From contig JAGGXD010000213.1 of the NCBI GenBank assembly GCA_021163295.1, positions 1 through 50,221 of the forward strand: a stretch of DNA of 50,221 bases. Reading direction: 5' to 3'. Position numbers and translations under genes: made by a program. This DNA comes from Bacteroidales bacterium. Lineage in GTDB: Bacteria; Bacteroidota; Bacteroidia; Bacteroidales; VadinHA17. Under the pieces are notes generated by a model that made no database searches, had not been told where the DNA came from, and was given only the letters and a program-made list of their open reading frames with translations. Positions 28,882 to 37,465 of the stretch are shown piece after piece (the first letter of the stretch is position 1; the number at the start of each line of letters is the position of its first letter).

Positions 28882-29763
28882 ATGAAACACAAATTGATTA
28901 GATCAGAAATAAGTTTATTAATAACTGGAATATTGGTTTGTTTACCGGGGTTAAGAACAGTTGCCCGGGAAACAGAGCCGATTACGTTTCCTGAATTAGA
29001 TGGTTGGGAGATAATGCAGGAATACCCTGTATATAATCCTGGTACTTTATGGGACTATATTGATGGTGCTGCAGATTCCTATCTGAGTTACAGTTTTGAA
29101 GAATTATATATAGCTGAATATGTAAAAGGAGATATTTCCTTTAAGGTTGAGATATTTAAGCATGCTACTCCCCTTGATGCTTTTGGAATATACAGTACGG
29201 AGCGGTCGCCCGGCTTCAGTTTTATTGACCTTGGAATCCAGGGATATCGCGAAGAATCATTGATCCATCTTCTGGCTGACAAATATTATATAAAAGTCAG
29301 AACTCATGAAAAATCCGAAGAGGTTGAGGATGCTATGATGTCCATTGCTAATTCTGTGGTTGTAAGTATAGCAGGGATTGACCATTTTCCGGAAACACTA
29401 GCTATGTTTCCCGAAAAGGGCAAGAAACCTGAGACTGAAATATACATTGCTGAGAATTTCCTTGGTCACAGTTTCTTAGGAAGCGCTTTTGCTGCAGATT
29501 ATTCAAGAGAAAACAAGAATTTTAAATTGTTTATTATTGTTAGGGAAAACAAAGAAGAATGCTTGAAATTGCTGAACAAATATTTTGAATTTGCTGGGAA
29601 AACGGGAAAGGCACCTGAAGAAGGAGACATTCATATCAACGATAAATATAATGGTGAGATACTTATTTACTGGCACAATGACATGATTTTTGGAACAATA
29701 GATCTGGAAGACAAGCAATTACAGATACGGGTAATTAGTGAAATAAAAGAATTGCTGGAATAG
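28882..29763 (+). CDS. Secreted hypothetical protein, DUF6599-like
   Basis: Signal peptide; LWDYIDGAADSYLSYSF and AFGIYSTER motifs. Confidence 0.7.
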   Translation: MKHKLIRSEISLLITGILVCLPGLRTVARETEPITFPELDGWEIMQEYPVYNPGTLWDYIDGAADSYLSYSFEELYIAEYVKGDISFKVEIFKHATPLDAFGIYSTERSPGFSFIDLGIQGYREESLIHLLADKYYIKVRTHEKSEEVEDAMMSIANSVVVSIAGIDHFPETLAMFPEKGKKPETEIYIAENFLGHSFLGSAFAADYSRENKNFKLFIIVRENKEECLKLLNKYFEFAGKTGKAPEEGDIHINDKYNGEILIYWHNDMIFGTIDLEDKQLQIRVISEIKELLE

Positions 29764-29856
29764 TTATGGTGGTATAATATTTGCATAAATTAATATGATT
29801 GGTTTTCCGTCAGGAAATTTGCAGATAAATATTATCTAAATAACTATTATCAGGAT

Positions 29857-32800
29857 ATGATTTTTCAGATAAAATCAAAAAGCCTAAATAAAAGAAAGTG
29901 TTTTATATTTAAAGCATGGATCTTTATCCTTATCTTTCTTATTCCATCGATAAATATCAAGGCACAATATTTTGGTCATAATAAACCATCATATAAAAAT
30001 TTTGATTTTAAGGTTTATACAACTCCCAATTTTGAAATATATCACTATCTGGATAATGACTCACTGCTCGATCAATTTGCAAGATCATGTGAAGAATGGT
30101 ATAAACTACATGAGCGTATATTCCACGATTCCATAAAAGATCCCAATCCTATTATTCTCTATGCGAATCATGCTGACTTTCAACAGACAACAGCTATCAT
30201 GGGGGAAGTTGGTGTAGGTACAGGAGGAGTTACAGAAGCTCTGAAGAACAGGGTTATTATGCCTGTAGCTCCGACAAGTTCACAGACCGATCATGTTTTG
30301 GGGCACGAACTTGTTCATGCTTTTCAGTACAATTCGATTATACGGGGAGATTCAACAAATATGAACTCACTTCGGAATATTCCTCTCTGGATGGTTGAAG
30401 GTATGGCAGAATATTTATCTATTGGCAGTGTTGATGAACATACAGCTATGTGGATGAGGGATGCTATCCTGAATGATGATTTCCCCACACTAAAAGAGAT
30501 GACCAGGAATCAGAAATATTTTCCATATCGATACGGACAGGCATTCTGGGCGTTTGTGGCAAAAACATGGGGGGATACCATTATTGTACCACTGTTCGTG
30601 GAAACAGCAAAATCGGGCTATAAAGAAGCAATTAAACGCAAGATCGGATTAACGGCTGAAACTTTTTCGGGTATATGGAAATCAGTCATGGAGAAATACT
30701 ACACCGGAATAATGACAGATACTATTGATAATCCCACAGGGAAAAAAATTCTTTTCTCCGGTAATGCCGGAAATATGAATCTTTCCCCATCTATCAGTCC
30801 TGACGGACAGTATATCGTTTTCTTATCTGAAAGAGATGTGCTCTCTCTAGATCTGTTTCTTGCAAAAGCAGAAGATGGTAAAATCACTAAGAAATTATCA
30901 AGTACAATTCATCGAAATGAGATTGATGCCTTAAACTACCTTGAGTCAGCAGGCACCTGGTCGCCGGATAGTAAGAGGTTCGCATTTAGTGCATTTGATA
31001 AAGGGAAAAACAAACTTTTAATTATGGATATTAAAAATGGCAGGCTTTTGGAGGAATACAGCATTCCGGGCATACTTTCCTTTAACAACCCGGCATGGTC
31101 GCCAGATGGGGAAAGTATTGTAATTGCAGGTCTGGCTAACGGGATCAATAATCTTTACAGGTTTTATATGACTGAAAACAGGGTGGAACAAATTACGGAC
31201 GATCGTTTTTCATATATCCAACCCTCTTTCTCGCCTGATGGGAAATATCTTGTTTTTGCCACAGACAGAGAACCGGATGAGGCAGATGTTACAAATACTG
31301 CTTTTAATATTGGAATTATTGATCTGGAGGAAAAAGGCAATGTTCGTGTGCTTCCTGTTTTTTATGGTGCAGATAATCTTAACCCGGTTTTTTCTTCTGA
31401 TGGTGAATCAGTCTATTTTCTTTCAAACCGTGACGGGTTTCGTAACCTTTATCGGTTTCATCCGAAAACAGGAAAAACTTACCAGATGACAAAGTATATG
31501 ACCGGGATTAGCGGAATAACCCATTTTTCTCCTGCAATTAGTGTTGCACGTAATATGGATAGAATCTCTTATTCGTATTATTATGGAGGGAAATATTCAA
31601 TTTACAGAGCCGAAGCAGTTGATTTCGAGGAGTATGAGGTGTCTCCTGATTCCCTGAACTTCCGGGCTGCTATACTACCTCCTGCCGAGCTAATAAACCC
31701 GAATCTGGTTGATGAGAAACTTAGTCACCGGCAGAGTTACATAGAAATTGAGAAAGAGAAATATATAACTGAACCTTATCAACCAAAATTCAAATTAGAT
31801 TATATATCTAATATTACTGCAGGAGTGAGTACTAATAGATTTAGCACCGGGATGGCAGGTAGTGTTTTTGCAATATTTAGTGATATAGTTGGGAAAAACC
31901 AATTGTTTACAACTTTGGCAATTAACGGTGAGATATATGACTTTGGTGGTCAGTTTGCATATATGAATCAGTCAAAAAGATTAAACTGGGGCGCTTCAAT
32001 TTCCCATATTCCATACCAGTATGCAACAGCGTTTCTAACGGTTGATACTCTCGGCAACGAGGAAGAACCTATTATTGTTAATGACCTGGTAATGGACCAG
32101 ATGAGGATATTTGAAGACCGGATATCTGCATTCGCGTATTTTCCTTTTTCTACTACCCGGAGGGTTGAGTTTGGTGTTTCACAATCGTGGTACTATTACC
32201 GGATTGACAGGTGGCATAGTTATTATGATCTATATGGAAGGTTAATTGGTCAGAGCAGGGAGAAGCAGGATGCTCCGGACGGATTTAATATCCGGAAGCT
32301 GGATGCTGCATTTGTTACCGATAACTCTATTTTTGGCTACGCTTCACCATTGCAGGGCAGCAGGTCACGGTTCCAGGTTGAAAAGTATTTCGGAGAGATC
32401 GATTTTTTTACGGCTCTTGTAGATTACCGTAAATATTTCAGGATGAGACCTTTTACACTGGCTGCAAGAGTTTATCATTATGGTCGTTATGGAAGCAATA
32501 CTAATAACAGGATACTGTCACCATTATACCTGGGCTATCCATGGTATGTCAGGGGGTATGACAATAACAAGATATATGAAATGATGGATTATAATGAAGT
32601 TCAGGAGGCGATAAATCAAATGTATGGAGATAAGATAGCGGTTGCCAATTTAGAGCTCCGGTTCCCGTTTACCGGTCCGGAACGCCTTTCATTGATCAAA
32701 TCGAAACTACTGTTTACCGAGTTATGCTTATTCCTTGATGCCGGTTTGGCATGGTATGATTTTGAAAACATCTCTTTTGTTTACAGGGCAAATGATAAGA

Positions 32801-32949
32801 ATCTCAGGATGCCGGTATACAGTGCAGGTGCTTCCTTTAGGGTAAATATATTCGGGGCAATAATCCTTGAGCCGTACTATGCATTTCCTTTCCGGGATAA
32901 CGGAATTCAAAAAGGAGTACTGGGCCTTAATTTTATTCCCGGGTGGTAG
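29857..32949 (+). CDS. Omp85/BamA-like barrel fused to a zincin peptidase domain and PD40/TolB propeller
   Basis: HELVH and WMVEGMAEY; repeated P-x-W/F-SPDG; C-terminal VRGY, ANLELRFP and FLDAG. Confidence 0.85.
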   Translation: MIFQIKSKSLNKRKCFIFKAWIFILIFLIPSINIKAQYFGHNKPSYKNFDFKVYTTPNFEIYHYLDNDSLLDQFARSCEEWYKLHERIFHDSIKDPNPIILYANHADFQQTTAIMGEVGVGTGGVTEALKNRVIMPVAPTSSQTDHVLGHELVHAFQYNSIIRGDSTNMNSLRNIPLWMVEGMAEYLSIGSVDEHTAMWMRDAILNDDFPTLKEMTRNQKYFPYRYGQAFWAFVAKTWGDTIIVPLFVETAKSGYKEAIKRKIGLTAETFSGIWKSVMEKYYTGIMTDTIDNPTGKKILFSGNAGNMNLSPSISPDGQYIVFLSERDVLSLDLFLAKAEDGKITKKLSSTIHRNEIDALNYLESAGTWSPDSKRFAFSAFDKGKNKLLIMDIKNGRLLEEYSIPGILSFNNPAWSPDGESIVIAGLANGINNLYRFYMTENRVEQITDDRFSYIQPSFSPDGKYLVFATDREPDEADVTNTAFNIGIIDLEEKGNVRVLPVFYGADNLNPVFSSDGESVYFLSNRDGFRNLYRFHPKTGKTYQMTKYMTGISGITHFSPAISVARNMDRISYSYYYGGKYSIYRAEAVDFEEYEVSPDSLNFRAAILPPAELINPNLVDEKLSHRQSYIEIEKEKYITEPYQPKFKLDYISNITAGVSTNRFSTGMAGSVFAIFSDIVGKNQLFTTLAINGEIYDFGGQFAYMNQSKRLNWGASISHIPYQYATAFLTVDTLGNEEEPIIVNDLVMDQMRIFEDRISAFAYFPFSTTRRVEFGVSQSWYYYRIDRWHSYYDLYGRLIGQSREKQDAPDGFNIRKLDAAFVTDNSIFGYASPLQGSRSRFQVEKYFGEIDFFTALVDYRKYFRMRPFTLAARVYHYGRYGSNTNNRILSPLYLGYPWYVRGYDNNKIYEMMDYNEVQEAINQMYGDKIAVANLELRFPFTGPERLSLIKSKLLFTELCLFLDAGLAWYDFENISFVYRANDKNLRMPVYSAGASFRVNIFGAIILEPYYAFPFRDNGIQKGVLGLNFIPGW

Positions 32950-33017
32950 TTGAATGTATCGGAAATTTAATGTTTATGGTTTTATAATGGCTAATTTCAT
33001 TATACCTTGTTTTATCA

Positions 33018-33201
33018 AGTCGGCAGTTAACAGTCAACAGTCGGCAATCTGAAGACTGTGCCATTTAATTTCAGTCTATTAAGTCAAACAAATTTTGAAT
33101 TAAAGCACCCCCGTACAGTCATACTTCCTTACAGGGCAGGTAAATATCAAAAAAAAATTTGGGCTTATTTTTTGTGGATTGCTGACTGTGGACTGCCGAC
33201 T
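33018..33201. repeat. Inverted heptamer-repeat arms (MITE/REP-like)
   Basis: AGTCGGC AGTTAAC AGTCAAC AGTCGGC AATC (33018-33049) matches the reverse complement of 33177-33201 (AGTCGGC AGTCCAC AGTCAGC AATC). Confidence 0.65.
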
Positions 33202-33686
33202 AATAACTAATTATTTATGAAACCCGAAAAATTTAGATTTTTTTAATCAGTTTTGCAACTATGTCCTTAATATAGGACTCTGTTTTACAGTAATTTGATT
33301 ATTAAAAAGATGAGAAAGTAGCCACTTGTAAGCACAGTTCCCAGCAAAAAGACAATTGCTGCAAAATCATAGAAGAAAGTAAATCCTCCCTCTTTTATTT
33401 GATATATAAATTTACTCATAATACAGTAGATTATTAAAAAATACCACTATCAGTCATAAATTATCTAAATAATCTATTGATAGATTTTGGTATTTCATGG
33501 TTGTTGATTTTATGCTAATTTATTTTTAATATTATCAATTGTCAAAATTTTCTGCTTTTATTGTATGAAATGCCCGATTTGTTATGTGAACTATGCATTT
33601 TATTACATGAATATAAAAAAATGATGAGTTGCATGTAAATTGGGTTTATTAAGTTGGGTTGTTTAAGAAAAAACAGTAATGATATT

Positions 33687-33716
33687 TTTGCAGAAATAAA
33701 AAATGGGTTACTTTTG
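33687..33716 (+). promoter_or_regulatory. Probable tRNA promoter
   Basis: TTTG-N18-TACTTTTG, 17 bp upstream of the tRNA. Confidence 0.55.
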
Positions 33717-33733
33717 CATGGCAATTTAAAAAC

Positions 33734-33807
33734 GGTGGCGTAGTTCAGTTGGTTAGAATGCCGGCCTGTCACGCCGGAGGTCGCGAGTTCGAGTCTCGTC
33801 GTCACCG
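33734..33807 (+). tRNA. tRNA-Asp(GTC)
   Basis: Acceptor stem GGTGGCG/CGTCACC; anticodon arm CCGGC-CTGTCAC-GCCGG; T loop TTCGAGT; CCA not encoded. Confidence 0.97.
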
Positions 33808-33810
33808 CAA

Positions 33811-33845
33811 CAAAACAAAACCCCGCAGCGCGGGGTTTTGTTTTG
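33811..33845 (+). terminator. Terminator hairpin after tRNA-Asp
   Basis: Perfect 16-bp inverted repeat CAAAACAAAACCCCGC-AGC-GCGGGGTTTTGTTTTG. Confidence 0.8.
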
Positions 33846-33888
33846 ATGTAAGGTCTCCCTCTGGAGTCCGCCGACCGAAGGGAGGCAA

Positions 33889-33905
33889 TCTCGTCGTCAC
33901 CGCAA
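33889..33905 (+). repeat. 17-bp direct repeat of the tRNA-Asp 3' end (att-like)
   Basis: TCTCGTCGTCACCGCAA is identical to 33794-33810. Confidence 0.9.
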
Positions 33906-33911
33906 AAATCC

Positions 33912-33948
33912 AAACACCGTCCATATTTATGGGCGGTGTTTTCTTTTT
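33912..33948 (+). terminator. Second terminator, after the duplicated tRNA end
   Basis: AAACACCGTCCAT-ATTT-ATGGGCGGTGTTT followed by TCTTTTT. Confidence 0.75.
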
Positions 33949-34029
33949 CAGAACACGTTGAAGGTTTACATTATTGCTTCACTACACCACAATTCTGTTA
34001 GCTCCTAATGAAGTAATTTCAGATGCACT

Positions 34030-34066
34030 CTTTAAGACCGACTTCCACCAAAACAAGGATTGAAAC
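34030..34066 (+). CRISPR. Single orphan CRISPR-like repeat (not an array)
   Basis: 37 bp CTTTAAGACCGACTTCCACCAAAACAAGGATTGAAAC ends in the ATTGAAAC handle typical of type I/III repeats; only one copy seen, abutting IS630. Confidence 0.55.
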
Positions 34067-34068
34067 TA

Positions 34069-34985
34069 GTGTCATGTCAAGATGATATTGTCGGATAAAG
34101 TCTTTTTAACTTCACCCGCGCATCATCGGTTCTAAATTGCCAGTTAATTTTTGCTTTCTTAGTATTTCTGCTTTGTTGCCAGTCTTTCTTTGTTTTGCTT
34201 GATTTTATCCTTATGTAACGTTTCCCTTTCAAAGGTTCATTAGCCATAAAGATGTTTACTACCCCTTTTCTTGAATATTCATAATCCTCTTTTGTGTCCT
34301 GTCCCGGTTTTCTGGCAATAGGAATACGTGTCTGTTTTATCAATTGCTTCGGTGATTCATCCATACGTACAACAGGATTTTTCTTATCGTAAGGGGTCTT
34401 ATATACATCCAATACAGATTCCATATGTGCTACAAAATTACTATTACTTAGCGGAGGGATTACCCAACCTTTGACCCTCCACGGTTTTATTTCGTTTTTT
34501 TTAGCACCTGACGAACAGTTTCATGTGAAATGCTATCGGCATATTTTAGTTCAACCATCTTGTCAGCCAGTAACCTCAAAGACCAACGAGCATATCCTTC
34601 CGGGGCTTCGCTGCAACTCAGGGCAACTAAATGCGCTTCAAAGTCGCCGTCGGTTTTAATCGGTCCTTTTTTTGGATATGGTTTACGATCCATACATACA
34701 TCAAATCCTTCTTCTACAAATCGCTGCTTAACACGTTCAACGGTTTTAGAATTGATTTGCAATACCCGTGCAATTTGATCATTAGATAATTTTTGTCCGT
34801 AAAGTCCTTCATCCGAATTAATCAATATACAGGCATTACGATATTGCTGGGAACTGTGCTTACCTTTGCCCAATATAGCTTTGAGTTGTTCATGTTCTTC
34901 TCTGATTAGGGTTACTTTGTAACGTACCATCGTTTTTGATGGCAATATACGAATTAATACAGACATATTCAACTTGACATGACAC
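34069..34985 (-). mobile_element. IS630-family element, internally deleted
   Basis: Terminal IRs (CTA)GTGTCATGTCAAG ... CTTGACATGACAC(TAG) with TA flanks. HTH ORF from ATG 34930; A8 slippery site (T run 34495-34502) leads into a DDE ORF with MDESPKQ, but the central catalytic segment is missing. Confidence 0.9.
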
Positions 34986-35857
34986 TAGGGCCATTTATGG
35001 CTCAACACCAAATAGTTGTAGGACGAGATGCATTTTTTGATTTGTTATCAGAGCGCAATTTGTTAGTAAGAAAAAGAAAACGCAGAAAACCTATAACAAC
35101 GTTTTCAGACCACTGGATGAGAAAATATCCAAATCTGATAGAAGGTTTTTATCCAACTGCACCCAATCAATTATGGGTAAGTGATATAACATATATTATT
35201 GTTGGTGATGGTTTTGCTTATTTAAGTTTGATAACAGATGCTTATAGCCGTAAAATAGTAGGGTTTTATTTATCAAAAGATTTATCAGCAGAAGGCTGTA
35301 TTCGGGCTTTAGAAATGGCATTAAACAACAACCCTGTATTGGGTAGGCTTATTCATCATTCTGATCGGGGTTCTCAATACTGTTGCTCTGATTATGTTAA
35401 GATATTGAAAAATAATTTCATTAAAATCAGTATGACCCAAAATGGTGATCCAAGGGAAAATGCCATAGCGGAAAGGGTAAATGGAATATTAAAAGATGAA
35501 CTTTTGGACAAGTTACATTTGAATTACAATGAAGCAGTTCGTAATGTTTCTATCGCAATAAGTATCTATAATCATCAACGACCACATGGCAGTATTGACT
35601 ATTTAACCCCAATAGAAGCTCATTTTATGTCTGGGAAATTAAAAAGGAGATGGAAAAATTATTACTCTAAAAAGAAAGATATGAAGCTAGAACCAACATT
35701 TTAATAGACTTTAAATCTCTCTTTGTTCCGTTCCGCTACGCTCCACTACACAAAGAGAGATTTAGAAACAGTAAACTGTATTTAGGATTAAAAATAAAGT
35801 GTAAATTTGAGACAGGATTAAGAAGTAAAAAGTGTAAACTAAATTCAGGACGAGACA
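34986..35857 (+). mobile_element. IS3-family element, 5'-truncated (OrfB integrase core to 35704 plus right end)
   Basis: WVSDITY, DAYSRKIVG, HHSDRGSQY, ENAIAERVNGILK and YNxxRPH; three GTAAA...AGGA subterminal repeats ending ...CAGGACGAGACA; OrfA absent. Confidence 0.9.
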
Positions 35858-35875
35858 GAATGAACCCCAACCCAC

Positions 35876-35942
35876 ATTGCAGCACATTTCCAAGCCCCCA
35901 CAAGCCAACGCCCAAACCAAAGGCTTGTAAAAGAGCTGCAAT
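35876..35942. repeat. Structured hairpin element, copy 1
   Basis: Outer stem ATTGCAGC/GCTGCAAT, inner stem CAAGCC/GGCTTG, C/A-rich loop; homologous to 45916-45984. Confidence 0.7.
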
Positions 35943-36012
35943 TTTGCCTACGCACCCGTGCTTAATTGTTACATTTGAGCTTTGAAAAAACTGAAAATAT
36001 TAAAATTATATC

Positions 36013-36423
36013 ATGAATAAAGACACTGATAATAAACTAAAATTGCGAAACATTAAACCCACTGCTATGCGTCAGTTGGTATATGATGTTCTTAGTAAGC
36101 AAAAAAAGGCTCTAAGTTTAATTGAAATAGAACAGCAATTTGAGAACGTTGACCGCTCCACAATTTTTAGAACATTAAAAACGTTTCAAGATAATTTATT
36201 AATACATAGTGTTGATGATGGTACTGGTTCGGTAAAATATGCTTTGTGTGATGAGGACTGCACATGTTCGTTAAATGATTTACATATTCATTTTCTTTGT
36301 ACCAAATGTGGTCAAACCCATTGTATGAAAAGTATGCCTATTCCAAATTTAGATTTACCCAAGGACTTTAGTTTCGAAAACGCCAATTTTGTAGTAAAAG
36401 GAACTTGTCCGAATTGCAAATAA
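36013..36423 (+). CDS. Fur-family metal-sensing regulator
   Basis: KPTAMR, DRSTIFRTL, HIHFLCTKC and C-terminal CPNC. Confidence 0.9.
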   Translation: MNKDTDNKLKLRNIKPTAMRQLVYDVLSKQKKALSLIEIEQQFENVDRSTIFRTLKTFQDNLLIHSVDDGTGSVKYALCDEDCTCSLNDLHIHFLCTKCGQTHCMKSMPIPNLDLPKDFSFENANFVVKGTCPNCK

Positions 36424-36428
36424 AACTT

Positions 36429-36463
36429 TGCAACCTGATTGCATAAACTTTGTTGTACATTTG
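36429..36463 (+). promoter_or_regulatory. Candidate metalloregulator operator plus -7 element
   Basis: TGCAA-CCTGA-TTGCA palindrome (36429-36443) upstream of TACATTTG (36456-36463). Confidence 0.55.
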
Positions 36464-36495
36464 TCGTTGTATTTATAGATTTACTAAAATTAGAC

Positions 36496-36888
36496 GTGAA
36501 CAGTACATGGAAAAATATTAGAATTATGATTTTATTATTGGCAGGGCTGATAATATTACTTCATTCTACAATTCCTCACAACCACCATATTGATTCTTTC
36601 AGTTATCACTCCGATAATTGTTTCACACAAGAAACCTCGCCTGAATCTTCCGATGAAGCCAAATTGCATTGTCACGCTTTTAACAATATTGTTACAGAAA
36701 AGATTAATTCCATAACTTTTAACTCGAAGTCAGATTTAACTTTCATTTTATTTTTCATTTCAAGTTCCGGTAATATTCAGGCTGACAACGAGTTCGAATT
36801 ATCAACTTTTTTTACATATAATATTGTTCTGCACAAACAATATTTCTCAACAGAACTCGCCCCCAGAGGACCTCCTTCCTTAGTTTAA
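36496..36888 (+). CDS. Small His/Cys-containing membrane protein ending in RGPP (DUF6769/DUF2946-like)
   Basis: TM helix, HSTIPHNHH, HCH and C-terminal PRGPP; start uncertain (GTG 36496 chosen as the first start downstream of the -7 box). Confidence 0.65.
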   Translation: MNSTWKNIRIMILLLAGLIILLHSTIPHNHHIDSFSYHSDNCFTQETSPESSDEAKLHCHAFNNIVTEKINSITFNSKSDLTFILFFISSSGNIQADNEFELSTFFTYNIVLHKQYFSTELAPRGPPSLV

Positions 36889-36958
36889 TTTCTTCCTACA
36901 TAATGTATTCTTCTGATAGAAATGTCAGGATATTGTAAATGCCTTAAGTTCAAATCTG

Positions 36959-37429
36959 ATGAAAAAAAGGAAATTAACAAAAAAAGAATTAAAGGAAAAG
37001 CAGAAAATTGAAACCAGAAAATTTAATAAAACAATGCTGATAAGTTTTAGCATATTTTTTATAGGCATAATGTCAGTTCTAATTTTCTATACTTATTGGT
37101 GCGATACCAAATTTGCTTACAGAAAATTAGCATTCTATGGTAACGAAGTCCCTAAGTCTCTAGTCTGTATGGTGCATAATAGTTTGCAACATCATGAAAG
37201 TCTTAAAGTTGTACAAAATGCTAAAACATTCTATGTAGGTAGTCATAATTGCCACGAACACCTAATTGAATATTATAAAGAGTATGCGTTTACATTAGAT
37301 GCTTTTATAGGCGATACCATTTGTAAAGCGAATGCATTAATAGGGTTAAAAATAAGGAGCAAACCTGAATTAGTCTATTTCAATAACAAATTAAATTTCA
37401 AAAAATATTATGAAGCTAGAAATAAATAG
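36959..37429 (+). CDS. Membrane-anchored TRASH/YHS-like metal-binding protein
   Basis: One TM helix; VCMVHN...FYVGSHNCH...DAFIGDTICKANA...VYF pattern. Confidence 0.6.
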   Translation: MKKRKLTKKELKEKQKIETRKFNKTMLISFSIFFIGIMSVLIFYTYWCDTKFAYRKLAFYGNEVPKSLVCMVHNSLQHHESLKVVQNAKTFYVGSHNCHEHLIEYYKEYAFTLDAFIGDTICKANALIGLKIRSKPELVYFNNKLNFKKYYEARNK

Positions 37430-37465
37430 TAAATCCAAATTTATAACAAGTAAAACAAATATAAA

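Noticed and set aside
33542-33961. ORFs 33542-33913 (-) and 33749-33961 (+)
   Set aside because: They are shadow translations of tRNA-Asp and its terminators.
33950-34066. A true CRISPR array or cas locus
   Set aside because: Only one repeat-like unit is visible, with no second copy at spacer distance and no cas genes in the window.
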